Positions 9,674 to 18,878 of a stretch of 64,000 nucleotides of DNA are shown piece after piece. The notes under the pieces were generated by a model, which saw only the letters and a list, made by a program, of their open reading frames with translations, ran no database searches and was not told the origin of the DNA. The DNA is from an uncultured Chthonomonadaceae bacterium. GTDB taxonomy: Bacteria > Armatimonadota > Chthonomonadetes > Chthonomonadales > Chthonomonadaceae. The position numbers were made by a program, and so were the translations under genes. Position 1 is the stretch's first letter. Every line of letters begins with the position of its first letter. Location: the NCBI GenBank assembly GCA_963835065.1, contig CAWIEK010000065.1, positions 29,898-93,897 on the forward strand, given 5' to 3'.

Positions 9674-10816
9674 ATGTTCTGCCCGCCATATTTCCGCCTT
9701 GCGTCCACACTCACGCTGACGCTTGCCTATGCCCTCCCCCTGCCCGCCCAATCCAACACCCCCCCATCCCCAAAAACCATCACTAATCCCAAAATCGAAA
9801 ATCGAAAATCGAAAATCGAAAATCCAACCTCCTCCTCAACCCTCAAAGGTTCCGACGTGCTGGCAACGGTAAACGGCGAACCCATCACGCGGCGCGAATT
9901 GACGAACCTGTGGCTCAAAATTGACAATCAAGCCAACCGCCCGCTCGGCATGATCATCCTGAACCGGATGCGGGCGGCAGGCAGCCTTGCGCCCGGTTAC
10001 ACCGTGACGGAAACCGACATTTACAGGGCGCTGTATAGCGGGCCGGCAAGCGATTACGCCCCGACCCTTTCCAATCTGGTCACGAACCGGTTGGTGGCGC
10101 GTGAAGCCAGGCGGCAGGGCATTGTGGTCACGCCCCAGGAAGCGGCGCAGGCGGGACACGCGCTTATGGATGAGGTGCGCGCGCAAAAGAATATCAAGGC
10201 GTCGGACGAGCAGATATTGACGCAGTTTCGCGTACCCCGCGACATTTTTCTGGACGAGATGGTGTTTCGGCTGCGCGGCGAGAAGTTGCTTGCCAAAAGT
10301 ATCGCAAGGCGCAACGGCCATGCGCTCGGCGCAGAGGATTGGGTAATCTTCCGGGAATTGTTCGCGGGCGCGAACACGGGCACGGATGCCGCCAAAAACG
10401 CCCAGGAGTTTGCGGACGCCAAAGCCCGCGTTCAAGCGTGGGCCGAGGAAGTGAGAGCCGGAAAATCGTTTGCCGATGTTGCCAAATCCCACAATGAAGA
10501 TGAAACCAGAGCGACAGGCGGCTATCGCGGCCCCGCCCTGCGCGGCACGGGTACAAAGGAAATTGAAGATGCGGTCTTCCAACTCAAAACCGGCGAAATC
10601 AGCCCGCCCCTGCGCGCCAAAGACGGCTGGTACATCTTCCAGGTCGAAAAGCGCGGAACCGACATACCCGCTTCTCAGCGCGAAGCCGCATGGAAGCAGG
10701 TCGTGGAAAAGCGCGTCACGCCGTTTCTGGCCGACTTGCGCCAACACGCCAAAATCACCAGCGTCATTCCCCTGCCGGTAGACACCCTTACCGGCCAGCC
10801 AACTGCAAACAAATGA
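9674..10816 (+). CDS. Secreted parvulin-type peptidyl-prolyl isomerase (PrsA/SurA-like)
   Basis: Signal peptide, VLATVNGEPIT, SFADVAKSHNED..T..GG..G, GEISPP....GWYIFQV; contains an (AAAATCG)n in-frame insert. Confidence 0.88.
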   Translation: MFCPPYFRLASTLTLTLAYALPLPAQSNTPPSPKTITNPKIENRKSKIENPTSSSTLKGSDVLATVNGEPITRRELTNLWLKIDNQANRPLGMIILNRMRAAGSLAPGYTVTETDIYRALYSGPASDYAPTLSNLVTNRLVAREARRQGIVVTPQEAAQAGHALMDEVRAQKNIKASDEQILTQFRVPRDIFLDEMVFRLRGEKLLAKSIARRNGHALGAEDWVIFRELFAGANTGTDAAKNAQEFADAKARVQAWAEEVRAGKSFADVAKSHNEDETRATGGYRGPALRGTGTKEIEDAVFQLKTGEISPPLRAKDGWYIFQVEKRGTDIPASQREAAWKQVVEKRVTPFLADLRQHAKITSVIPLPVDTLTGQPTANK

Positions 10817-10845
10817 ACCACGGGGAACACGGGGAACACGGGGAA
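10814..10845 (+). repeat. Nonamer array (AACACGGGG)n, left arm
   Basis: tgaaccacggggaacacggggaacacgggga begins at the PPIase stop codon. Confidence 0.85.
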
Positions 10846-10877
10846 GCCATAGGGGGAGAAGAGGGATGGCTTGAACT

Positions 10878-11879
10878 ATGCAGAAACTATTCCGCAAATG
10901 GAGGAGACGATGGCGCTGGATAGTGGCGATAGGATTGACGATGGTTTTATGCGCTTGCGTGGATTATTGGGCGTATCCTTATGGAATTGCGTCTGACAGT
11001 CGTCGTTTTAATCGCGGCGAAAATGGCCTCTGGCTGCGCTATACATGGTACTTCGGGCAGCACAGTACGGCGGAAGCGCGTCAACTCGCGCAGCAACTGC
11101 ACGCCCGGCAGATTCGCTACGCTTATTTCCACGTTCGCCATGTCAACTCGCAGGGGCGACTGGTTTTTCGCTATCCTGACGCTGCAAAAACGCTTATGCA
11201 ATTGCTGCATCGGGAAAGCCCGGGCGTTCGGTGTATCGCCTGGATGGATGCTTTCGACTTACAGACAGGGCAGGCGGTTCCTCTGGCAAACGCGGACACG
11301 CGGCGCAGGATGGTTCAGGAAGCGGTTTGGCTCGTGCAAACGTGTGGTTTCGACGGCGTACAGTGGGATTATGAGCCATGCGCGAATGGGGATGCAAACC
11401 TGTTGGCACTGCTGCGGGAAACCAAAGCGGCTTTACCACCCGGCAGACTGCTTTCAGTTGCCACACCCGTATGGCTGCCTGAGGGGTTGCGGCGGTGGGG
11501 ATGGAGCGATGCTTATTTTGCGCAAGTGGCAGCCGTGTGCGATCAAATGGCGGTAATGTGTTATGATACGGGATTTTATTTTCCGCGCTGTTACGTTTGG
11601 CTGATACGGCAACAGGCTATTCATGTGACGCGAGCGGCGGCGAACGGCAACCCGCAGTGCCGCGTACTGCTCGGCGTTCCCACCTATGGAACAGGACTGC
11701 CTTCTCACAACCCCCGCGCCGAAAATATCACACTGGCATTGCAAGGCGTACGTGAAGGATTAAGCGATTCCAACGCCGAACCGTCCGCCTTTGCGGGTGT
11801 CGCCATTTTCGCCGACTACACAACCTCCCAGGAAGCATGGAACACCTATCAGGCGCAATGGCTGACGCCTTCCCGCTAA
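10878..11879 (+). CDS. GH18-like TIM-barrel protein with N-terminal membrane anchor
   Basis: GFDGVQWDYEP (DxxDxDxE-like), DQMAVMCYD, VLLGVPTY. Confidence 0.75.
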   Translation: MQKLFRKWRRRWRWIVAIGLTMVLCACVDYWAYPYGIASDSRRFNRGENGLWLRYTWYFGQHSTAEARQLAQQLHARQIRYAYFHVRHVNSQGRLVFRYPDAAKTLMQLLHRESPGVRCIAWMDAFDLQTGQAVPLANADTRRRMVQEAVWLVQTCGFDGVQWDYEPCANGDANLLALLRETKAALPPGRLLSVATPVWLPEGLRRWGWSDAYFAQVAAVCDQMAVMCYDTGFYFPRCYVWLIRQQAIHVTRAAANGNPQCRVLLGVPTYGTGLPSHNPRAENITLALQGVREGLSDSNAEPSAFAGVAIFADYTTSQEAWNTYQAQWLTPSR

Positions 11880-11950
11880 AGTCATAGCCGTCGCACATCA
11901 TTGATGACAGCCTAAACTTAAATCTCTCTGCCCTCCCCTGCCTGCTTTCC

Positions 11951-11980
11951 CTCCGTGTCCTCCGTGTTCTCCGTGGTTCA
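11951..11980 (-). repeat. Nonamer array, right arm (inverted relative to 10814)
   Basis: Reverse complement reads tgaaccacggagaacacggaggacacggag. Confidence 0.85.
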
Positions 11981-12454
11981 TTATCGTTTGAGCATGTCGG
12001 TGTAGATGCCCGGCGTACTGTCGGGGATGACCGTCGCGCCCACCGCTTTTTCGTAGAAGGGAATGGGGCCGACGCCGCCGATGATGCCGTAAGCGTAGCC
12101 CATGTCGCGCATTCCGTGCAGGCAGGCCAGCAGCAGCGCTTTGCCGATGCCGCTTCCCCGCTCCGATTCCAATACACCCGTTGGCCCGAAGAAATTGCGC
12201 CGGGTCGCTTCATACGCGCCGAAGCCGATCACCTTGTCGCCGCGAATAGCGATATACAGGCTGATGGGCTGACGGGCGTAGCACGGCATGACTTCATCCG
12301 CCCAACCTATCGAAAAGTTCTTTTCGATGAACTGGCGAACGGCGGTGCTTTCAAAAGGATGGGCGCGGCGCACAATCACGCCCTGCGCCCGCTGTTCCGT
12401 CAGCAGTGGCTCTAAGGGCGCCAGTTTCAGCAGTTGTACCAGCATATCGGGCAT
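11981..12454 (-). CDS. GNAT family N-acetyltransferase
   Basis: FFGPTGV..SERGSGIGKALL, GYAYGIIG, FYEK. Confidence 0.88.
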   Translation of the reverse strand: MPDMLVQLLKLAPLEPLLTEQRAQGVIVRRAHPFESTAVRQFIEKNFSIGWADEVMPCYARQPISLYIAIRGDKVIGFGAYEATRRNFFGPTGVLESERGSGIGKALLLACLHGMRDMGYAYGIIGGVGPIPFYEKAVGATVIPDSTPGIYTDMLKR

Positions 12455-12543
12455 AAAAAAAGTCTCCAAATAAGCGTTGAGAACAAAGCGTTGAGCGTTG
12501 AGAAGATGGCGTCAGGACACTTATAACCCTAAAACCTAAAACC

Positions 12544-13419
12544 CTACCCCTCCCGTACCACGTCCAGAAACGCGCGCAACACAGGCGAGGGGTCTTCACG
12601 CCGATAGACTACCCCCAATTCCGTGAGGGGCGCGGGTGGAGTCAGGGCGCGAAACACGACGGCCGCGCGCTGCACATTCTGCGTGGATTCGGGAACCAGC
12701 GTCACGCCCAATCCCGCCGCGACAAGGCTGATGGCCGTATGGATTTCCGCCGTTTCCTGCACGATTTGCGGCTGAAACCCGGCTTCTTCACACGCGGCAA
12801 CAACCACATCGGCGTAGCTTGGACGCGGATGCCGGGGGAACAGAATAAACGGCTCTTCGGCAAGCGCGGACAGGGGCAACGCCGACTGCGCGGCGAAGGC
12901 ATGGGACGCGGGTAATGCCGCTAAAAGCGGCTCTCGCGCAATCACTTCGCAGGTTAAATCGTCGTCCGTCAGGGGCGGGCGGGCAAAGCCGACATGGATA
13001 CGCCGATCCCGCAATGCCTGCGCCTGTTTCGCGGATACCAGTTCCCGCAGCAGCAGTTCCACGCCGGGGTAGCGTTCCCGAAACGCGGACAACACTTGCG
13101 GCAGCAGCGCATACGTTGCCGATCCCACAAACCCGATGCCCAGCCACCCGGATTCGCCCCGCGCCACTCGCCTTCCCGCTGACGCCGCTTTTTCCAGATT
13201 CGCCAGCGTGTCCCGCGCTTCCTGCAAGAACATTTGCCCCGCGTCCGTTAAAGTGACGCGGCGATGGGCGCGATGAAACAGGGCAAAGCCGAGTTCGCGC
13301 TCCAACTGCTGTATCTGCTGACTGAGGGGTGGCTGCGCGATACACAGCCGTTCCGCCGCCCGCCCGAAGTGCAGTTCCTCGGCAACCGCCAGAAAATAGC
13401 GCAAGTGTCGCAGTTCCAT
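12544..13419 (-). CDS. LysR family transcriptional regulator (AlsR/BenM/HcaR-like)
   Basis: MELRHLRYFLAVAEELHFGRAAERL..AQPPLSQQI HTH plus substrate-binding domain. Confidence 0.96.
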   Translation of the reverse strand: MELRHLRYFLAVAEELHFGRAAERLCIAQPPLSQQIQQLERELGFALFHRAHRRVTLTDAGQMFLQEARDTLANLEKAASAGRRVARGESGWLGIGFVGSATYALLPQVLSAFRERYPGVELLLRELVSAKQAQALRDRRIHVGFARPPLTDDDLTCEVIAREPLLAALPASHAFAAQSALPLSALAEEPFILFPRHPRPSYADVVVAACEEAGFQPQIVQETAEIHTAISLVAAGLGVTLVPESTQNVQRAAVVFRALTPPAPLTELGVVYRREDPSPVLRAFLDVVREG

Positions 13420-13428
13420 TCTGAATCC

Positions 13429-13443
13429 ATATCTCCAAAGTAT
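13429..13443. promoter_or_regulatory. LysR box candidate (ATA-N9-TAT, T-N11-A)
   Basis: atatctccaaagtat just upstream of the LysR start, in the divergent promoter region. Confidence 0.5.
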
Positions 13444-13615
13444 CAATACGCAGAAAAGATATATTGGACACGCGCGCTATTGTAGCATACAATGGAGGCG
13501 GAACCTGACAGGCATGGAAACACCGACGCATACTTCATGCCGTCCGGCAGACGGCGCGACAATTCTGCCCTGCGCAAGCGCAAGGCGAAACTCGAACATC
13601 ACAGGAGAAGGCAGC

Positions 13616-13927
13616 ATGGCAACACTGGAAGATACGAACGCGCAGCAGGAAATTGGCGCGTTGCAAAGCGCGGACACGCTGGCGCGGGTAAAGCAGGCCG
13701 TTCTGGAAGCGATGGGGCTGGACAACCGCGAATTCGCGCGCGAAACCTCACTTACCAATGACCTCAACGCCGATTCGCTGGATTTGGTCGAAATTTCAAT
13801 GGCGCTGGAGGAAACGTTCGGCGTCGAATTCGGCGAGGACACGCTGCTGCTCACGACAGCCGGACAACTCGTGGACTACATCGAAGCCAAAACCGCCAAT
13901 GCGGAACTCGATATTCCGTATATGTAA
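13616..13927 (+). CDS. Acyl carrier protein
   Basis: DLNADSLDLVEISMALEETFGV with the phosphopantetheine Ser; AGGAG RBS. Confidence 0.9.
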   Translation: MATLEDTNAQQEIGALQSADTLARVKQAVLEAMGLDNREFARETSLTNDLNADSLDLVEISMALEETFGVEFGEDTLLLTTAGQLVDYIEAKTANAELDIPYM

Positions 13928-14000
13928 ACAGTGATTGAGCCTATTTGCCGGGGATTTTCAATCCCCGGCAACTCCTCGTATTTTTATCCCCACAAGCACG

Positions 14001-14453
14001 CTACAGTTCCGCGTTGTCAAAGAACTCGATCACTTCCCCGTTCGGGCCACGCACGAAGGAAATATGAAACTCTAAGGGACGTTCGCTGTGCGCGGGCGTG
14101 ACCTTTTTCGGTTCCATCGTCACCACTGCGCCGTGCGCGCGGGCGCGTTCCGTTGTGCCGGGTATGTCCTGCGAACGGATGGCGAAATGCAGCAATGCGC
14201 CTTCGGGAACGTCTTCGGGCTGCCCTTTGCCGCCCGCGAACACTTCCAGATAATTGCCGTCGCCCGTGTCCAGCATGGCTGCGCGGCTGTCCGGCTCGCC
14301 CTTGCTCCGGCCATCCTCGCCCCAGCCGTGTTTCTTCTGAAAACCCAGGCCATTGATGTAAAAGTCCAGCGTTTTATCGAAGTCATAGGCGCGCAGGGCG
14401 ATATGATGAAAGCCTCCGCCGCCGATAGTCGTATTCTGTCCATGATTGGGCAT
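14001..14453 (-). CDS. VOC/glyoxalase family protein
   Basis: FHHIAL, FY..GLGF, LEVF, LHFAI, FVRGPNGEVIEF. Confidence 0.9.
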   Translation of the reverse strand: MPNHGQNTTIGGGGFHHIALRAYDFDKTLDFYINGLGFQKKHGWGEDGRSKGEPDSRAAMLDTGDGNYLEVFAGGKGQPEDVPEGALLHFAIRSQDIPGTTERARAHGAVVTMEPKKVTPAHSERPLEFHISFVRGPNGEVIEFFDNAEL

Positions 14454-14609
14454 GTTAGTATCCTTTCTTCCGATAGTATCTCGGCATGGTATCTTTGCTC
14501 TGGTTTCTTCCCCATGCCTACGCAAAAGTAGTGTTCAGCGTTCGCGCATGGCAGTCTTGCTGCAAAAACGTCGGCGCTCTGCTGCTTTATTGAAGTGAAC
14601 TCCAAAAAC

Positions 14610-15006
14610 TGGACACAGAGGAACGGCTTGCCGAACTGGAGCGGCTCGTCGGGCAACTGACGCTGGAGTTGTCGGCGGCAAAAAAACTCTCAATCCTCCT
14701 GCCCTTGCGAGCGGGCAAAAGCGGGAGGTGATTGCGATGCTTGCCAAAGACTATCCTGTTGATTTGCTCTGTCGGCTGCTGTCGTGTCCGCGCAGTTCCT
14801 ACTATTATAAGGAGGCGCAAGAGGATAGGGCGGTACGCGATGCCATTGAGCAAATCGCCGCCACCTTCCCGCGCTACGGCTATCGGCGCATTACCGCCGA
14901 ACTCGCGCGGCGCGGCCAGACGGTCAACCCTAAGCGCGTGTTGCGCATCATGCAAGCCGAAAACCTGCTCGTGGCTGTCAAACGCTATGCAGATACACAG
15001 CCATAG
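14610..15006 (+). mobile_element. IS3-family remnant (orfA 3' end, A7 slippage site, truncated orfB)
   Basis: LAELERLVGQLTLE..AAKK; GCAAAAAAAC at ~14678-14687; LCRLL..PRSSYYY ... YGYRRIT ... VNPKRVLRIM; no DDE core. Confidence 0.85.
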
Positions 15007-15096
15007 GCTGCGCTCACATGGTTAGTCGGCAGACCTGTTACAGAGGCCATTATATGCCGGAAGAATTGCGCCGGTTGAACAAGAAAAACGCGCAAA

Positions 15097-15124
15097 GCAG
15101 GAGTTAAAGCGCGTGGCGCAGAAA
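15097..15124 (+). promoter_or_regulatory. SigH-like promoter candidate GCAGGA-N18-GAAA
   Basis: Upstream of the DUF4058 gene, correctly oriented. Confidence 0.5.
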
Positions 15125-15209
15125 ATAGCCTTATTCCGCATCAAAGCTTCTCGGAATCTTTTTGGAACCACGAACAGCGTTATAATAGAGCGTAAAGGAG
15201 AGTGCGACA

Positions 15210-16163
15210 ATGCCCGGCCCCTTTCCCGGCATGGACCCGTATCTGGAAGACAGAGTGTTGTGGAACGGCATCCATCAGGGACTTATCAGCATCATTCGAC
15301 GCCTGCTGAACGCGCGATTGCCGCTCGGTTATATTGCGGACATAGGCGAGCGCGTAATTCTAACCGCCCCGCCTCACGATTATTACCCGGACTTAAATGT
15401 ATTCCGGCGGCATATATCCCCACCCGCATCCTCAAATATCGGGGGGAGGGGAGGCGTTGCCGTCGCGGAGGCCGTTGCCATAGGTGTGAGCGATGATCCC
15501 TATATGCTGACAGTGGAACCGATAGAACTGCGCGAAGTGTTTGTGGAAGTGCGGCCTGCGGGCGATGAGTCGCGGGTCGTGACGGTCATTGAAATCCTGA
15601 GTTACATTAACAAAACGCCCGACGAGGAGGCGCGTGAGAGCTACCGAAGGAAGCAGCAAAATTTACTGCGCAGTGGCGCGCACTTGATTGAGATTGATCT
15701 GCTGCGTACCGGCCGGCATACCGTTGCCGTACCCGAAAAAATTGTGCGCCACCATGTAGACCACTGGCACTATCTGGTATGCCTGCACCGGGCGGGACAC
15801 GGGAAAGACTTTGAAGTATGGGCGCGTACCGTGCGGGATCGCCTGCCCCGCATTCGCGTTCCACTGGAAAACGGCCTGCCGGACGTGGTTTTGGACTTGC
15901 AGGAAGCCTTCGACCGCAATTACGAGGAGGGCGCGTACATCCAGCGTATAGATTACCGCAAGCCCGCGTCCATTCCCGTTCGCCCGCCCGATGAGGCGTG
16001 GGCGGACGAACTGCTGCGCTCACTCGGATTTCGGCCACAACCCGATCCAGCGCCGCAAAATACATTAGAAGCGCATCCATCACAAACGGATATAACGCAG
16101 ACAGATTCATTTCAACAAAATCCAACGCCGCCGGAGACAACGCAGCAGGAGCCAAACCCATGA
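15210..16163 (+). CDS. DUF4058 family protein (PD-(D/E)XK-like)
   Basis: MPGPFPGMDPYLE, VVTVIEILS..NK, HLIEIDLLR, LPRIRVPL...DVVLDLQ. Confidence 0.9.
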   Translation: MPGPFPGMDPYLEDRVLWNGIHQGLISIIRRLLNARLPLGYIADIGERVILTAPPHDYYPDLNVFRRHISPPASSNIGGRGGVAVAEAVAIGVSDDPYMLTVEPIELREVFVEVRPAGDESRVVTVIEILSYINKTPDEEARESYRRKQQNLLRSGAHLIEIDLLRTGRHTVAVPEKIVRHHVDHWHYLVCLHRAGHGKDFEVWARTVRDRLPRIRVPLENGLPDVVLDLQEAFDRNYEEGAYIQRIDYRKPASIPVRPPDEAWADELLRSLGFRPQPDPAPQNTLEAHPSQTDITQTDSFQQNPTPPETTQQEPNP

Positions 16164-16978
16164 AAAACACGCTTTCCGATGAACAGATAAAGCAGTATCA
16201 GGAAAATGGTTTCCTCGTCATTGAACATTTTTTGGAGCCGGGGGAGCTGGAACACTGGCGGCAGACGACGCAGGAAGCCGTCAATCAGCGCATCGAGCAG
16301 ACGCGGGGCAAGGATTGGTTCGAGGCGCTGAACAATCAGGCCGACCCGGATAACTATTACGCGCAGGTGTTCACGCAATGCCTGAAACTGGCCGACTCGC
16401 ATCCGGGCATGCATGAGTTGATGTTCGATCCGCGTTTGGGCGAGATGGCGGCTACGCTTGCGGGTGTGGACGGTATCCGCATCTGGCACGATCAAGCGCT
16501 GTTCAAGCCCGCCTTCGGCAACCCCACCGCCTGGCACTTAGACAACCCCTACTGGTCCTTTTCGTCCCGGCAGTCGCTGTCGCTGTGGGTCGCCCTTGAT
16601 GACGCCACGCTGGGCAACGGCTGTATGTGGTACGTTCCCGGCAGCCAGAAAACAGCCTCGTTTGATAACGTCGGCATCGGGCAGAATCTGGCGGATTTGT
16701 TCAAATGCTACCCGCAGTGGCGCGACATTGCCCCCGTAGCCTGTCCCTGTCCCGCCGGTTCCGCCGTGTTCCACAACGGCCTGACGGCGCACGGAGCCGG
16801 GGCCAATATGACGCATCGCCCCCGCCGCGCCATGACCTGCGCCTACATGCCGGACGGCGCGACCTTCAACGGCAAGCGCAACATCCTGCCGGAAGCCTAT
16901 TTCAACTCCCTGAAAGTCGGCGACGTACTGAATAACGACGCCGTTAACCCGCTCATCTGGTCAAAACAAAGCAGTTGA
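16160..16978 (+). CDS. Phytanoyl-CoA dioxygenase (PhyH) family Fe(II)/2OG oxygenase
   Basis: YQENGFLV, WHLD (HxD), WVALDDAT..NGC, GSAVFH...HGAG.N...RRA; ATGA overlap with the upstream gene. Confidence 0.92.
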   Translation: MKNTLSDEQIKQYQENGFLVIEHFLEPGELEHWRQTTQEAVNQRIEQTRGKDWFEALNNQADPDNYYAQVFTQCLKLADSHPGMHELMFDPRLGEMAATLAGVDGIRIWHDQALFKPAFGNPTAWHLDNPYWSFSSRQSLSLWVALDDATLGNGCMWYVPGSQKTASFDNVGIGQNLADLFKCYPQWRDIAPVACPCPAGSAVFHNGLTAHGAGANMTHRPRRAMTCAYMPDGATFNGKRNILPEAYFNSLKVGDVLNNDAVNPLIWSKQSS

Positions 16979-17054
16979 TAGTTGATAGTTGATCGAGGCG
17001 CAGGAACTACGAACTTTCAGCGCACCTTCGTTTTAGTGTAAATCTCTACGAGCA

Positions 17055-17972
17055 ATGAAACACATTTCCCGCAAGCATCGCGCGCCGGACGGCGCGCAAA
17101 CACCAACCTGCGTTGACAAAAAAACTGCATACGCATTTCGTACCTGTCGAAATCGCCGGATTTTGGGACTGTCGGCGATACTGGCGCTTGCGCTGCCGGG
17201 GTGTCACCGCAACAATGCGCGGGTCGCTGCCGTCACTCCTGTCGCGCCGCCGGTTGCGCCGGTTGTGGCGGTTCCCACCAACCCGCTCGCCACGTATAAA
17301 CCTTCCCCGCGCATTTTCGAGTTTCAACGCTATGCGCCGAAACAGGTTGCGCTGACGTTTGATGCCGGCTCAGACGATTCCGCCGTGCAGGCGATTTTAG
17401 CCGCGCTGAAACAGCATCATACGCGCTCTACGTTCTTTCTGACGGGTCGGTTTTGCGAACAGTACCCCGATTCGTGCCGCGCTATCGGGGCGGCGGGTAT
17501 GGAAATCGGCAACCACTCGTATTCGCATCCCCGGTTTACCAAGCGCAAGGAGGCGGAAATCGAAACGCAGTTGGCGCGGGCGGAACAGGCAATCAGCAAA
17601 GCCTGCGGACGCGGCGCGAAACCGCTCTTTCGCTTTCCGTATGGGGATGAAAACAAACGCGCAAGGCATACGGTGGCGCAGAACGGCTATCAGGCTATCG
17701 GCTGGTCGCTGGATTCGTGGGACAGCGTAGGGAAGCCCAAATCCGCCGATTTCGTCGCCAAGCGCATTCTTGCCAAAATCAAGCCGGGCAACATCGTCCT
17801 CATGCACGTCAGCTACCCCGAATCCGCGAAAGCCTTGCCGCGCATCTTCGCGTATCTGGACAAACAGGGCATTGCCAACGTGCCGGTCAGCGAACTGCTC
17901 CTTGCCCCGCCGCCATCCGCGCCCAAAACGCGAATCACGCAAGGGCCGCAAACGGTTCGGAAAGGCTTATAG
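17055..17972 (+). CDS. Polysaccharide deacetylase (NodB domain), probable lipoprotein
   Basis: VALTFDAG, TFFLTG, EIGNHSYSH, FRFPYG, IVLMH; LALPGC lipobox-like. Start uncertain. Confidence 0.88.
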   Translation: MKHISRKHRAPDGAQTPTCVDKKTAYAFRTCRNRRILGLSAILALALPGCHRNNARVAAVTPVAPPVAPVVAVPTNPLATYKPSPRIFEFQRYAPKQVALTFDAGSDDSAVQAILAALKQHHTRSTFFLTGRFCEQYPDSCRAIGAAGMEIGNHSYSHPRFTKRKEAEIETQLARAEQAISKACGRGAKPLFRFPYGDENKRARHTVAQNGYQAIGWSLDSWDSVGKPKSADFVAKRILAKIKPGNIVLMHVSYPESAKALPRIFAYLDKQGIANVPVSELLLAPPPSAPKTRITQGPQTVRKGL

Positions 17973-17979
17973 CCGCGTA

Positions 17980-18678
17980 ATGAGCGATTCTTCACAGCCA
18001 CCCGTCCTGCATACTTCGGAGGGCGAAGCGTTTCCCCTGCACGAGTACCACTTGCGCCTTGCGGGGCGCGAGTGGACCATTCTGCACACGGGCGTAATTC
18101 TTACGTATGCCGACGAGTTAAACTTTTTCCGCGAACTGCTGAATCATATTCCCTATGGCGTGGCACTGTGGCCTTCCGCCATCGCCCTCGCCTCAGAACT
18201 CGCGTCACGGGGCGCGGAACTGAAAGGCAAAACCGTGCTGGAATTGGGCGCGGGAACGGGGCTGCCGGGGATTGTGGCGGCGTCCTTGGGCGCAAGGGTG
18301 GCGCAGACGGATCGGCAGGAACTGGCAATGACCGTGTGCAAGCGCAACGCGGCCCTCAACGGCATGGGGCAATTGGAACCGGGGCAATTGGAACACCGGC
18401 TTGTGGATTGGGAAAACTGGCAGGATACGACGCGCTACGACTGGATACTCGGCTCCGACATTATGTACGGCGAACCGATGCATGCCCACCTACAGCGCAT
18501 TTTTGAAACCAACCTTGCGCTTGATGGCCGGCTGCTGATTGCCGACCCGTTTCGCGGAACCAGCCTGCGCCTGATGGAAGCCATGCAGGAACAGGGCTGG
18601 AACATTGCTATCTCCAAATGGAATTTAGGCGACGAAACCGCCCCGCGTCCCATCGGTGTTTTTGAACTTTCACGTTAG
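17980..18678 (+). CDS. SAM-dependent methyltransferase (family 16, protein-lysine MTase-like)
   Basis: PYGVALWPSAIALA, VLELGAGTGLPG, DWILGSDIMY. Confidence 0.88.
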   Translation: MSDSSQPPVLHTSEGEAFPLHEYHLRLAGREWTILHTGVILTYADELNFFRELLNHIPYGVALWPSAIALASELASRGAELKGKTVLELGAGTGLPGIVAASLGARVAQTDRQELAMTVCKRNAALNGMGQLEPGQLEHRLVDWENWQDTTRYDWILGSDIMYGEPMHAHLQRIFETNLALDGRLLIADPFRGTSLRLMEAMQEQGWNIAISKWNLGDETAPRPIGVFELSR

Positions 18679-18878
18679 TGTTCGTACATCTAACCCTTTG
18701 CGAACCCTGCGCCTGCGTCTTGAAGAACGCGCCAGGGTCCTGAAACGTGGCCTGCCGCAGTTATTGGCGGCAGGCAGTTTGTCACATTTGTGATTTGCAA
18801 TCGGGTACCGAACTCTGCTGTCATTATGGCGTTGCGCTGCAAGGCCGATCTGCTTTCTGCCACAAATTCCCTGCAAAA

